Assembly: GCA_030638335.1 (NCBI GenBank)
Contig: DAOWET010000216.1
Location: 1 to 38,356, forward strand
Direction: 5' to 3'
Length of the DNA stretch: 38,356 nucleotides
Source: Nitrospirota bacterium
Lineage (GTDB): Bacteria > Nitrospirota > Thermodesulfovibrionia > Thermodesulfovibrionales > JdFR-86
Shown piece by piece: positions 7,881 through 15,946 of this stretch. Numbering within the stretch: position 1 is the stretch's first letter; each line of letters starts with the position of its first letter. The notes beneath the pieces were generated by a model that saw only the letters and a program-made list of their open reading frames with translations, had not been told where the DNA came from and did not search any database. A program made the position numbers and the translations under genes.

Positions 7881-8738
7881 TTACAGTTCCACGATCAGGA
7901 GCGCGAACAATCCCGAGGTTGTGGCAATAGTATATTTTACAGCAGAACGGTTGGCTACGAACTGGTATCCTTCACCGTATTTCACGGTGTGGGGAATGCT
8001 GATCTCCACGTTCTTGCCCATCTGAGCCATCCTTGCAAGGAGGTTGCCGCAGACAATGTTCCCAAACTCCCGAACGCCGTCGAATACGAGGTCATCGTCC
8101 TCGGTGGCGGCATCCTCGCCAATAATGGCGCCTGCAACAGCCCTGGCCATCTCCTCGTCGGCCAGGATGATATAGTCGTAGTTCAGGCCGCCGGAGAAGG
8201 TCACGGAGACCGCAACATAGCTCTCACCGGGCTCGACCTCCATGAACACGCCGTCGTCCATCTTGGCCTCAAGCTCAGCTATGCGACGGAGCATCTTCAG
8301 GGTTATGTCGCCCATGATCCTCACGAACTCAGGCTGCTTAAGGCCGTCCGGCACCCCGGTCTCGCCTAAGACATAGACGCTCTGATCTTCCCTGAAGGCC
8401 GCCAGCTCGCGGTCAATGACCTCCGGTGCCACAAAACCCTTTACCACTATGGCCTCACCGATGCAGATGTGGTCGTTCTTCTGCATTGTAAGGACCTCTT
8501 CCACCTGCTCCTCGGTGAGCATCTCAAGCTTTACTGAAAGCTGGCCTATCATCATGTCGTTGCGCTTCTGCTCGTCATGGAGGCGCTTTACCTGTACCTT
8601 TTCAAGAAAGCCCTTGGATATGGCGTACTCACCGAACTTCATGTTCCGTGATTCCTGGAAGCGGATAGACTCCAGAAGGCTCTTGGCATCGATCACATTA
8701 CGTTCAAGAAGGAACTGTCCGAAAAATTTAATGCTCAT
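7881..8738 (-). CDS. fusion of four MshEN/T2SSE_N-like repeats with a CheX/CheC-type CheY-P phosphatase domain
   Basis: The ATG at 8738 follows a GGGGG RBS. Residues 5-115 form 4 x 24-aa units spaced by exactly 5 aa. The C-terminal half carries DGVREFGN-x21-P (D-x3-E-x2-N-x~22-P, the CheC/CheX/FliY site) and SVTFSGGLNYDYIIL. Confidence 0.75.
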   Translation of the reverse strand: MSIKFFGQFLLERNVIDAKSLLESIRFQESRNMKFGEYAISKGFLEKVQVKRLHDEQKRNDMMIGQLSVKLEMLTEEQVEEVLTMQKNDHICIGEAIVVKGFVAPEVIDRELAAFREDQSVYVLGETGVPDGLKQPEFVRIMGDITLKMLRRIAELEAKMDDGVFMEVEPGESYVAVSVTFSGGLNYDYIILADEEMARAVAGAIIGEDAATEDDDLVFDGVREFGNIVCGNLLARMAQMGKNVEISIPHTVKYGEGYQFVANRSAVKYTIATTSGLFALLIVEL

Positions 8739-8801
8739 AATACCCCCTGCATTCAATAGTACGAAGGTTCGCCCGACCGGGGCCAAACTCCGGTCATGCC
8801 G

Positions 8802-9167
8802 CTAAACAGCTGCAAGTATCTCTCTGACCTTCTCTGGTTCAAAGGGCTTTGGAACAACGTTCATGGCCCCGAACTTGAGGGCCTCGGTCACCTTGTCTCC
8901 AACCCCGCCGGCCGAGGAGATGACCACGATCTTGGCCTCCTTGTCCAGGTTCTTGATGGAACGGATGGCCTGGAGGCCGTCCATCTCCGGCATGACAATA
9001 TCCATGAACACCACATCAGGGCGTATGGTCATGAACATCTTGATACCTTCGATCCCGTTCAAGGCATGCCCTGCCACCTCGAACCCTTCGGTTTCCTCGA
9101 CTATCTTCTGAAGCTGTTTCGCGGTAGCTATGCTGTCGTCAACCAGCAGAACCTTCTTCTTATCCAT
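8802..9167 (-). CDS. stand-alone CheY-like response regulator
   Basis: MDKKKVLLVDDS ... DVVFMDIVMPEMDG ... VVISS ... VVPKPF, with the canonical receiver acidic pocket, phospho-Asp, Ser/Thr and Lys. Start taken at ATG 9167. Confidence 0.9.
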   Translation of the reverse strand: MDKKKVLLVDDSIATAKQLQKIVEETEGFEVAGHALNGIEGIKMFMTIRPDVVFMDIVMPEMDGLQAIRSIKNLDKEAKIVVISSAGGVGDKVTEALKFGAMNVVPKPFEPEKVREILAAV

Positions 9168-9268
9168 ATATGACCTCTCTTCTGACTCAAGTTCTCCATA
9201 CACACATGATCACAGGATGATCTTGCGCGATCACACCCTCCGGTACAAATAATTGAGACAACATGTAC

Positions 9269-9298
9269 ATAATAAACCAAAAATGGGAGTTCAATCAA
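9269..9298 (-). promoter_or_regulatory. candidate sigma70 promoter for cheY-cheX inside the kinase/cheY spacer
   Basis: Minus strand reads TTGATT (9298-9293), an 18-nt spacer, then TATTAT (9274-9269). It would give a ~95-nt leader rich in GATC/TGATCA repeats (9205-9240). Confidence 0.45.
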
Positions 9299-9318
9299 GT
9301 ATTTCGGACTTTATGGGC

Positions 9319-10758
9319 CTAAGAGAAGCGTTTTTCCCTGAAGCTCACCCTGACCCAGACCCCCCCCAGGCGCTCAACATCAATGGTGCCCCTGAGTTGC
9401 CTGGACAAGGTGCTTACTATCTTCATCCCAAGGGTATCGGCCTGCTCGATATCAAGGTCATCAGAAAGCCCGACACCCGTATCACGCACAGAAAGAAGGC
9501 TCTGCCCGTCCTTCTGATGTTTGAGGGCTATGTATACCGTCCCCTCCCTTCCATCGGGGAAAGCGTGTTTCAGGCTGTTTGTCAGCAGCTCGCTGATGAT
9601 AAGCCCGCAGGGGATGGCTGTGTCCACATCTATCCTGTCGACCGAGACGTCCACCTCAAGCCGGATAACATCCGAATTCGCCTTGTATCTCCTGTACAAT
9701 TGCCCTGCCAGGGCCTCTATATACTCCTTTGCGTCAAGCCCGCGCGGGTCTCCGCTCCTGTAGAGGCGCTCGTGTATCATGCTGATGACTCGTATCCTGT
9801 CCTCGCTGGCCAGCAGGTACTCACGCGATGTCTCGTCCTCAATGCCCCCTGACTGCAGCCTCAGAAGGCTCTGGATTATCAGCAGGTTGTTCTTGACCCG
9901 GTGATGTATCTCGGAGATAAGCAGGTCCTTGTCGGACAGGGCCTGCCTGAGGTCGTCCTCCATGCGCTTTCTCTCGGAAATCGCGACAATGACCCCGCAA
10001 AGCCCTGTTAATTTGCCGTTTTCCACTCTTCTGGACGTCCGGATAAGTACAGGGACCCTCGACCCGTCACTATTGAGCACCTCATACTCCGACACCCCGA
10101 TATCCTCTCCCGCCATCACCCGGCCAAGGTTTGCTTTGGCCCTGTCACGGTGCTCAGGCACAATGAAATCAAGTGCATTTACCCCTGCCTCAAGATCCAT
10201 TTGCGAGTACCCAAGGACGTCATAGGCATTCTCATTGGTGAAGGTGATCATCCCCCCGGGGTCTGTCTCGAACACTATCTCGGGCATCAGGCGCACAAGG
10301 TTCCTGAACCTTTGCTCGCTTTCCCTGAGCGCCTCCTCGCCCTGCCTCAGTATCCTTTCGCTCTGCATGCGCTCTGTCACGTCGGAGAGTATGCAGGCAA
10401 ACCCTGTCACTTCTCCTGAGAGGTCCCTCTTGTACTTCCAGTCCACCTGCACGTCGATGATTCGGCCGTCCTTTGTCAGGTTCCTGCAGCAGTATGGCTC
10501 AGGGTCAGGCTGCTCAGAGGCCAGTTGCTTCAGGAAGCCCGGCAGTTCATCGCATCCGGGGCCACGAACCTGGAAGTCCCATACATGCATCCCCGATATC
10601 TCTTCGGAACTGTACCCCGTGATCTCCGAGTATGCCCTGTTGTGAAATTGTATCCTGCCGTCTGTATCGCATTCGTAAACAGCGTGCGGCAGCGCGTCAA
10701 GAAGGCTGTGGATCTCATCAAGAGAGGCCCTGCTTTTGATGTTGTCCGTATCGTCCAA
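9319..10758 (-). CDS. cytoplasmic PAS-PAS sensor histidine kinase (HisKA_2/HWE-type H-box)
   Basis: Two PAS-like segments, an H-box EIHHRVKNNLLIIQSLL, and an ATPase region LIISELLTNSLKHAF ... VRDTGVGL. No TM helices. TTG start at 10758, 7 nt after GGGGG. Confidence 0.85.
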   Translation of the reverse strand: MDDTDNIKSRASLDEIHSLLDALPHAVYECDTDGRIQFHNRAYSEITGYSSEEISGMHVWDFQVRGPGCDELPGFLKQLASEQPDPEPYCCRNLTKDGRIIDVQVDWKYKRDLSGEVTGFACILSDVTERMQSERILRQGEEALRESEQRFRNLVRLMPEIVFETDPGGMITFTNENAYDVLGYSQMDLEAGVNALDFIVPEHRDRAKANLGRVMAGEDIGVSEYEVLNSDGSRVPVLIRTSRRVENGKLTGLCGVIVAISERKRMEDDLRQALSDKDLLISEIHHRVKNNLLIIQSLLRLQSGGIEDETSREYLLASEDRIRVISMIHERLYRSGDPRGLDAKEYIEALAGQLYRRYKANSDVIRLEVDVSVDRIDVDTAIPCGLIISELLTNSLKHAFPDGREGTVYIALKHQKDGQSLLSVRDTGVGLSDDLDIEQADTLGMKIVSTLSRQLRGTIDVERLGGVWVRVSFREKRFS

Positions 10759-10879
10759 TTAAAAGCCCCCTTAAGAAGACTTAGATTATACATCAAAGAC
10801 ACCTTGCGAGGATGTGTTTTTATACTGCACGGGACAAGCAGAAACCATGCCAGAAGGGAGGCCACGCAGTGCACGGCGG

Positions 10880-10888
10880 TGGTATAAT
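10880..10888 (+). promoter_or_regulatory. extended -10 promoter element for deoA
   Basis: TGgTATAAT lies 21 nt upstream of the ATG at 10909, with GGAGG at 10899-10903. The -35 region is weak. Confidence 0.5.
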
Positions 10889-10908
10889 AACCCCCAACGG
10901 AGGATCAC

Positions 10909-12246
10909 ATGCGCATATACGACATTATCAGAAAAAAACGTGACAAGGCGGAACTCATTGAAGCGGAAATAGATTTTTTCGTTCAGGCAGTGACCACCGG
11001 CTCGTGTTCAGAGTCCCAGGCCTCTGCGCTTCTTATGGCAATATTCATAAATGGCATGAGCGAGGCAGAGACGGTAGCCCTTACCAGGGCCATGCTCGCC
11101 TCGGGGCTCACTCTTGAGACCTCTGACATCCCGGGGTTAAAGATCGACAAACACTCCACTGGCGGGGTGGGCGACAAGACCAGCATCATACTGGCCCCCC
11201 TGCTTGCGGCCATGGGCGTAAGGGTCCCGATGATATCAGGCCGCGCCCTCGGGCACACCGGAGGCACACTGGACAAGATAGAGACCATCCCCGGCCTGAA
11301 CACTACGCTGAAGCCAGATGAAATGACCGGGCTGGTCAAGGACATTGGCATGTGCATGGCCGGGCAGACAGAGGAGATCGCACCTGCCGACCGTATACTC
11401 TATGCCCTCAGAGACGCCACGGCCACGGTGGAGAGCATCCCCCTTATCGCGGCAAGCATCATGAGCAAGAAGCTCTCAGAGGGACTGGACGGGCTGGTGC
11501 TGGATGTGAAGACCGGCTCCGGGGCGTTCATGGAAAGCCTGGAGGACGCCCGCGCCCTTGCCCGCACCATGATCTCCATAGGCAACTCCATGGGCGTGAA
11601 GACCATAGCCGTGGTCTCGGACATGGACCAGCCCCTTGGGCGCACTGTGGGCAATGCGCTGGAACTCAAGGAGTGCCTGAGCGCGCTCAGGGGACGGTGG
11701 ACGGACGACCTCAAGAACCTCACCCTTACCCTTGCGTCCCGCATCCTCCAGATGAACGACGCCCTTGCCGAGGGCGCGGAAATGGGCAAGATGACAGAGT
11801 TCACCCGCCGCACCTATGTCCACGAGGCAATGGAGTTCCTGGAAAAGGGAGATGTGTTCAAGAAATTCGTGGAGTTCGTAGACGCACAGGGAGGGGACCC
11901 GGAGGTGGTGTTCAACCCCTCGTCACTTCCCACAGCCTCGCACATCCACGAGATAAAGGCCGAGGCCACGGGTGTCATCAAGCACCTGGACGCAAAGGCC
12001 GTTGGCACAGCGGCAATGCTCCTGGGAGCCGGGAGGGAAAAACCCGGAGACGAGATAGACCAGTCAGCCGGTATAATCCTGAACAGGAAGACAGGGGAGA
12101 AGGTGGAGCAGGGAGATACAATAGCTCTTATGCACACCAGCGACCCTGCGCTTACAAGTGAGGCTGAGGAGGCCTTCCGCTCGGGCCTTGTCATCTCGGC
12201 TCGTGAAACAGCGCCAAGGCCCGTTGTCCGCGAAGTGGTAATGTAG
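10909..12246 (+). CDS. deoA: thymidine / pyrimidine-nucleoside phosphorylase
   Basis: MRIYDIIRKKRDK..., phosphate-binding KHSTGGVGDK, and SGRALGHTGGTLDKIE. Confidence 0.9.
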   Translation: MRIYDIIRKKRDKAELIEAEIDFFVQAVTTGSCSESQASALLMAIFINGMSEAETVALTRAMLASGLTLETSDIPGLKIDKHSTGGVGDKTSIILAPLLAAMGVRVPMISGRALGHTGGTLDKIETIPGLNTTLKPDEMTGLVKDIGMCMAGQTEEIAPADRILYALRDATATVESIPLIAASIMSKKLSEGLDGLVLDVKTGSGAFMESLEDARALARTMISIGNSMGVKTIAVVSDMDQPLGRTVGNALELKECLSALRGRWTDDLKNLTLTLASRILQMNDALAEGAEMGKMTEFTRRTYVHEAMEFLEKGDVFKKFVEFVDAQGGDPEVVFNPSSLPTASHIHEIKAEATGVIKHLDAKAVGTAAMLLGAGREKPGDEIDQSAGIILNRKTGEKVEQGDTIALMHTSDPALTSEAEEAFRSGLVISARETAPRPVVREVVM

Positions 12247-12309
12247 CTTTTACCGGAAGCGCTAATATTGTTTCCTGAAATAAAAAGGTTTAATTTGAGA
12301 ACCAGACTA

Positions 12310-12355
12310 GTCGTACTTCGAGCGGCTTATTGCGAAGCAGATGCGGTGAATCAGG
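12310..12355. repeat. copy 1 of a dispersed ~46-bp intergenic repeat
   Basis: gtcgtacttcgagcggcttattgcgaagcagatgcggtgaatcagg. It matches copy 2 at 41/46 positions, and its 3' 35 nt matches copy 3 at 33/35. It starts 5 nt beyond the stop of the minus-strand gene 12361..13449. Confidence 0.8.
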
Positions 12356-12360
12356 AAGCG

Positions 12361-13449
12361 TCACTTCACTGAGGACAGGAACCAGTCTTTATATGCCACG
12401 GATATCCTGTTCCATTCGTAGGGGTCCGTAAGCCGCTTTGCCTCGTGGGAGGCAAGCCTGCCCCCGGCCTCAAAAACCTCTTTCAGGCCCTCTTTCAGGG
12501 CCCCCTCGTCATAAAGGTATACGTCAGGGAAAAGCTCGGGGTATGAGAGCCTTCTGGGCAGAAGCGGCCTGCACCCGGCCCGCACTGACTCGATCACAGC
12601 AAGGCCGAAAAATTCATGGAGAGCGGTGGAGACAGCCACCGAGCCCCTCCTCAACCAGCGGGCATACTCCCTGCGGTCCTGCGTAAAGCCCATGTGCAGC
12701 ACCTTGTCGGAAAGCCTCTGCCGGGCCTCTCCAAAGACATCCGGGCTTCGTTCGAACTCCTCTCCAAGTATGACAAGGCCGAAGTCAAACCCCTCCGCGG
12801 CCAGCTCGAACAGTGCGTCAAAGAACTCCTCCGGGCCCTTGTCGTACTCCCAGCGGTGGTTCCACAGCACAACAGGCACGGCAGAGGGAAGCGGCGAGAC
12901 GGCAGCGTCTATCTCCCTGAACTCCACCCCGGGGGGAAGCACCCTGGCCTTTTGTCTTATGGCATGGGCCGGGTCCTCCATCTGCATGTCCCCGGCATGG
13001 CGCAGAAGGCCCGCAGCTCCCTCAAGAAAGCTATCGAGGTTATAGCGCGAGTTGAAGGCCACCGAATCAGAGGCAAGGGCCGTGGTAACGTTGGTAAGGG
13101 CGAAGTGGAAATCCCTCTCCACCTCTTCCTGAACAGGATACGCGAACTGGTTCTCATGGAAATACGTGAGCACGGGCACGTCGTTCACCCATGAGGGCGC
13201 AAGCCCCCTGAAGGCGGCAACGTCTAAAAAGGTGGAGCACAGCACCAGGTCGAAACGCTCACCGGAGCGCTCAAGCAGGCGAGCAAAATGAGGGGCCGCA
13301 AGCCTCATGCGCCATTTCCATTTGCGTGCCGGAAGCGTCATGGGCCTGAACCTGAAGGGCAGGTGCCGGGCAAGCCCGTCAAGGAACTGCTTGTGCGAGC
13401 CCCCGTAATATGGCTCCACCACCAGTACGTTCAGGTCCCTCTCCGGCAT
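12361..13449 (-). CDS. GTDC1-like (DUF3524 + GT4-type) glycosyltransferase
   Basis: N-terminal VLVVEPYYGGSHKQFLDGL ... LPARKWKWRMR ... YFHENQFAYP is a DUF3524/GTDC1 hallmark as I recall it. C-terminal LHEFFGLAVIESVRAGCRPLLP is a GT4-type motif. The ATG directly abuts the upstream stop (TAGATG). Confidence 0.7.
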   Translation of the reverse strand: MPERDLNVLVVEPYYGGSHKQFLDGLARHLPFRFRPMTLPARKWKWRMRLAAPHFARLLERSGERFDLVLCSTFLDVAAFRGLAPSWVNDVPVLTYFHENQFAYPVQEEVERDFHFALTNVTTALASDSVAFNSRYNLDSFLEGAAGLLRHAGDMQMEDPAHAIRQKARVLPPGVEFREIDAAVSPLPSAVPVVLWNHRWEYDKGPEEFFDALFELAAEGFDFGLVILGEEFERSPDVFGEARQRLSDKVLHMGFTQDRREYARWLRRGSVAVSTALHEFFGLAVIESVRAGCRPLLPRRLSYPELFPDVYLYDEGALKEGLKEVFEAGGRLASHEAKRLTDPYEWNRISVAYKDWFLSSVK

Positions 13450-15114
13450 CTACCCGTCCTCTCGTGCAAGGATCTCATAGACGTAGGCATCTCGCTGCAT
13501 CCTGCCGGGAGCCCAGAAGTTCGGGTAGCTCTGGTTTACATGACTTATAAGCCTGCCATTTAGAGAAAGCCACCTCAAGGAGTCCTTGAAATACATCTTC
13601 CCGCACGCGGAAACCATCATCCCCCTCAGGATATCGTCCATTATGAAATATCCCGCCCCCTCTTTGCCTACCCTCTGCCAAAGGGGCCTGCACCTGTCAA
13701 GCGGTCCCTTTGCGTGCTCCACGTCATAGCCAAGAGGCCTGTACCTGTCTCCAAAACCGGGTGAATACAGTATGTGCCCCATCACAGGGCCACCGGCCTC
13801 AGGCACGGGAGCGGATACGCTCTGGAGCAGAAGGGAGTAATCGTGCTGAATGGAAAAGGCCCGTATGCTCCTGGCCTGGTCCCAGTACCCGGTAAGAGGC
13901 AGGCAGACCACGAACACGGCAATGGCCACCGGGCGAAGCTTTGCTGGTAGCTTTAATGAAACAGAGCAAACGCCAAGGGCTGCCGCTATAGAGAGATACG
14001 GGTGCACCTCCACCATGTGCCAGTACCCGAACTTGTTGGTTAGGAAATAGTTCAGGAAAAGTACACCGGCAGGGAAGCCCACCAGAAGAAGGGCGGCCCT
14101 GCGCCTGTCAGTGAACATTGCGAGCGAGACACCGATAGCGATCAGAGATGCATAATAAGCAAATGTCACGTGGTTTGGGAAGATAGTGTCAGCCATGGTC
14201 AGGTACTCCACTATATAGTCCCGGCCAAAACCCTTTAGGGCCCCTGCGAAAAGCGTGAAAAAGTTCTCGCTCAGAAAGGGAAAGGCCCATACTCGCGAGA
14301 GCCCTGTGGCAGCGCCTGCCGCAGGGCTTCCGGCCAATGTTGTCTGGGACGGCAGGAAGCTCCAGAGCATCCAGAAGGCAAACCCCGCCAAAAGGCCTGC
14401 CGCGAACATCACAGTCTGCCTGGAGCGGAGCCCGCGCCAGAACAGTACCGGATAGAGCAGGGTCATGCCGGCCACGTATTGCAGGTTATTGGGGTGCACG
14501 TTTATGGATAACGCGACCAGCAGGGCGGCCCCGAATGCCAGCAACCCCTTGTGTCTGATGTTTTCACGGGATGCGAACACAAGGGCGGTAAATGAAGCGA
14601 ACACGAAAAGCGTAGACATCATCTCGGGCCTTATGAGCCTTGCGTTCCAGGCAAATGTATAATCCCCTGTCACCACAAGCAGAGCCAGCAGCCCGGTGGC
14701 CCTTCCCCCAAGCTCCCGGGCAAGCACAAAGACAAGCCACAACACCAGCACGGAGCAGGCAAGCGAGAGCGCCCGGTACTGTACGACCCCCACCCCCGCG
14801 ACCTTGCCAACGCCCCAGAGTGCCGCATAGAAAAACCTGGGGGTGATATGGCCGGGCAGATCGCCCTTTAGAAGTTCGTCAACAAAATTTCCGCCAGTGC
14901 TCATCATGCCAAGCTCGTCCCCGAGATAATGCACCGGCGGGAAGGTGATTATCGTGGAGGCGCCAATAATGAAAAATAACAGGATGATGATCCAGTGTGC
15001 GTGGCTTGAGGCAAGCTCAAGGTACTTCCGGTATCCGGTGCCGGTGTCCTGTCCGGTGTCATGCGGGGATGTCTCTGGGTTCATGGCCAGAAGGGTGTCA
15101 GCCCTCAACACCAA
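13450..15114 (-). CDS. GT-C fold membrane glycosyltransferase (ArnT/PMT, GT39-like)
   Basis: 554-aa ORF with about 11-13 hydrophobic helices, an acidic first-loop segment YLGDELGMMSTGGNFVDE, and a soluble C-terminal domain. The start is uncertain: either TTG 15114, overlapping lpxI by 17 nt, or ATG 15084. Confidence 0.65.
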   Translation of the reverse strand: MVLRADTLLAMNPETSPHDTGQDTGTGYRKYLELASSHAHWIIILLFFIIGASTIITFPPVHYLGDELGMMSTGGNFVDELLKGDLPGHITPRFFYAALWGVGKVAGVGVVQYRALSLACSVLVLWLVFVLARELGGRATGLLALLVVTGDYTFAWNARLIRPEMMSTLFVFASFTALVFASRENIRHKGLLAFGAALLVALSINVHPNNLQYVAGMTLLYPVLFWRGLRSRQTVMFAAGLLAGFAFWMLWSFLPSQTTLAGSPAAGAATGLSRVWAFPFLSENFFTLFAGALKGFGRDYIVEYLTMADTIFPNHVTFAYYASLIAIGVSLAMFTDRRRAALLLVGFPAGVLFLNYFLTNKFGYWHMVEVHPYLSIAAALGVCSVSLKLPAKLRPVAIAVFVVCLPLTGYWDQARSIRAFSIQHDYSLLLQSVSAPVPEAGGPVMGHILYSPGFGDRYRPLGYDVEHAKGPLDRCRPLWQRVGKEGAGYFIMDDILRGMMVSACGKMYFKDSLRWLSLNGRLISHVNQSYPNFWAPGRMQRDAYVYEILAREDG

Positions 15115-15934
15115 TTACGGTTATACCTGCCTCTTCCGCGCCGGAGATAAAGGACTCTCGCTCCAGGAATATGCTCTTGCCGGCCTCAAGGGCAAGCACC
15201 CTCACCTTGGACTGGACCATCACACCGAGGGTGTCAGGGCCCACCACGGGAACGTCAAAGCGCATGTCCTGTCCGGGACGGGAGACCTTTACAACCACCG
15301 CTCCCCCGCCAGCCAGAAGCCCTCCCCTTCTTATGGCCTCGTCAGTGCCCTCTATGGCCTCAACAGCCATCACGTCCCTGTCCTTTACAACGACGGTCTG
15401 GCCTATGCCCAGAGAGCCTATCTCCTTTGCCATCTTGAAGCCGAACTCGATATCGCGCTTCTCAGCACGGGAGGGGCCCTTCTTAGTGAGCTTGCCAGGA
15501 GGGGTGAGAAGGTCAGAGCAGAAGTCCTTCATGTGCAGAAAACTTATCCCCTCTTTTGCGAACTCCGCGACTATTTTAGCAATTAATGTATCGTCACGCT
15601 GGTCAACAAGTTTCAGAAGAAGCCCAAGCGCACGGAAGTCCGGACGTATAGTGCCATCGTAGAGCAGGGCCTTTGGAATTTTCCCGGCAAAGACCGCCTC
15701 GCTGACGCCGTTGTCCCTGAAGTAGCTCATCACGGCGCCGATCTTGCCGGCGTTGAAACTTCTGGTATGGTCGGAATACTCGCCCTCCGTACCGTCGGAG
15801 AGTCCCTTGAGGGCGGCCACCACCACACGGTAGCCCCTGGCCCGGGCATCGGTGGCTATGATGCGGGGCAACATCCCCTGTCCCGCAATGAGGCCGATGC
15901 TCCTTGAACTTTCCTGTCCTGCGGGCTCACCCAT
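15098..15934 (-). CDS. lpxI: UDP-2,3-diacylglucosamine pyrophosphatase LpxI (DUF1009)
   Basis: IGLIAGQGMLPRII ... GQTVVVKDRDVMAVEAIEGTDEAIRRGG. It sits immediately after lpxA. Confidence 0.8.
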   Translation of the reverse strand: MGEPAGQESSRSIGLIAGQGMLPRIIATDARARGYRVVVAALKGLSDGTEGEYSDHTRSFNAGKIGAVMSYFRDNGVSEAVFAGKIPKALLYDGTIRPDFRALGLLLKLVDQRDDTLIAKIVAEFAKEGISFLHMKDFCSDLLTPPGKLTKKGPSRAEKRDIEFGFKMAKEIGSLGIGQTVVVKDRDVMAVEAIEGTDEAIRRGGLLAGGGAVVVKVSRPGQDMRFDVPVVGPDTLGVMVQSKVRVLALEAGKSIFLERESFISGAEEAGITVIGVEG

Positions 15935-15946
15935 AAGAAAGCCGGC

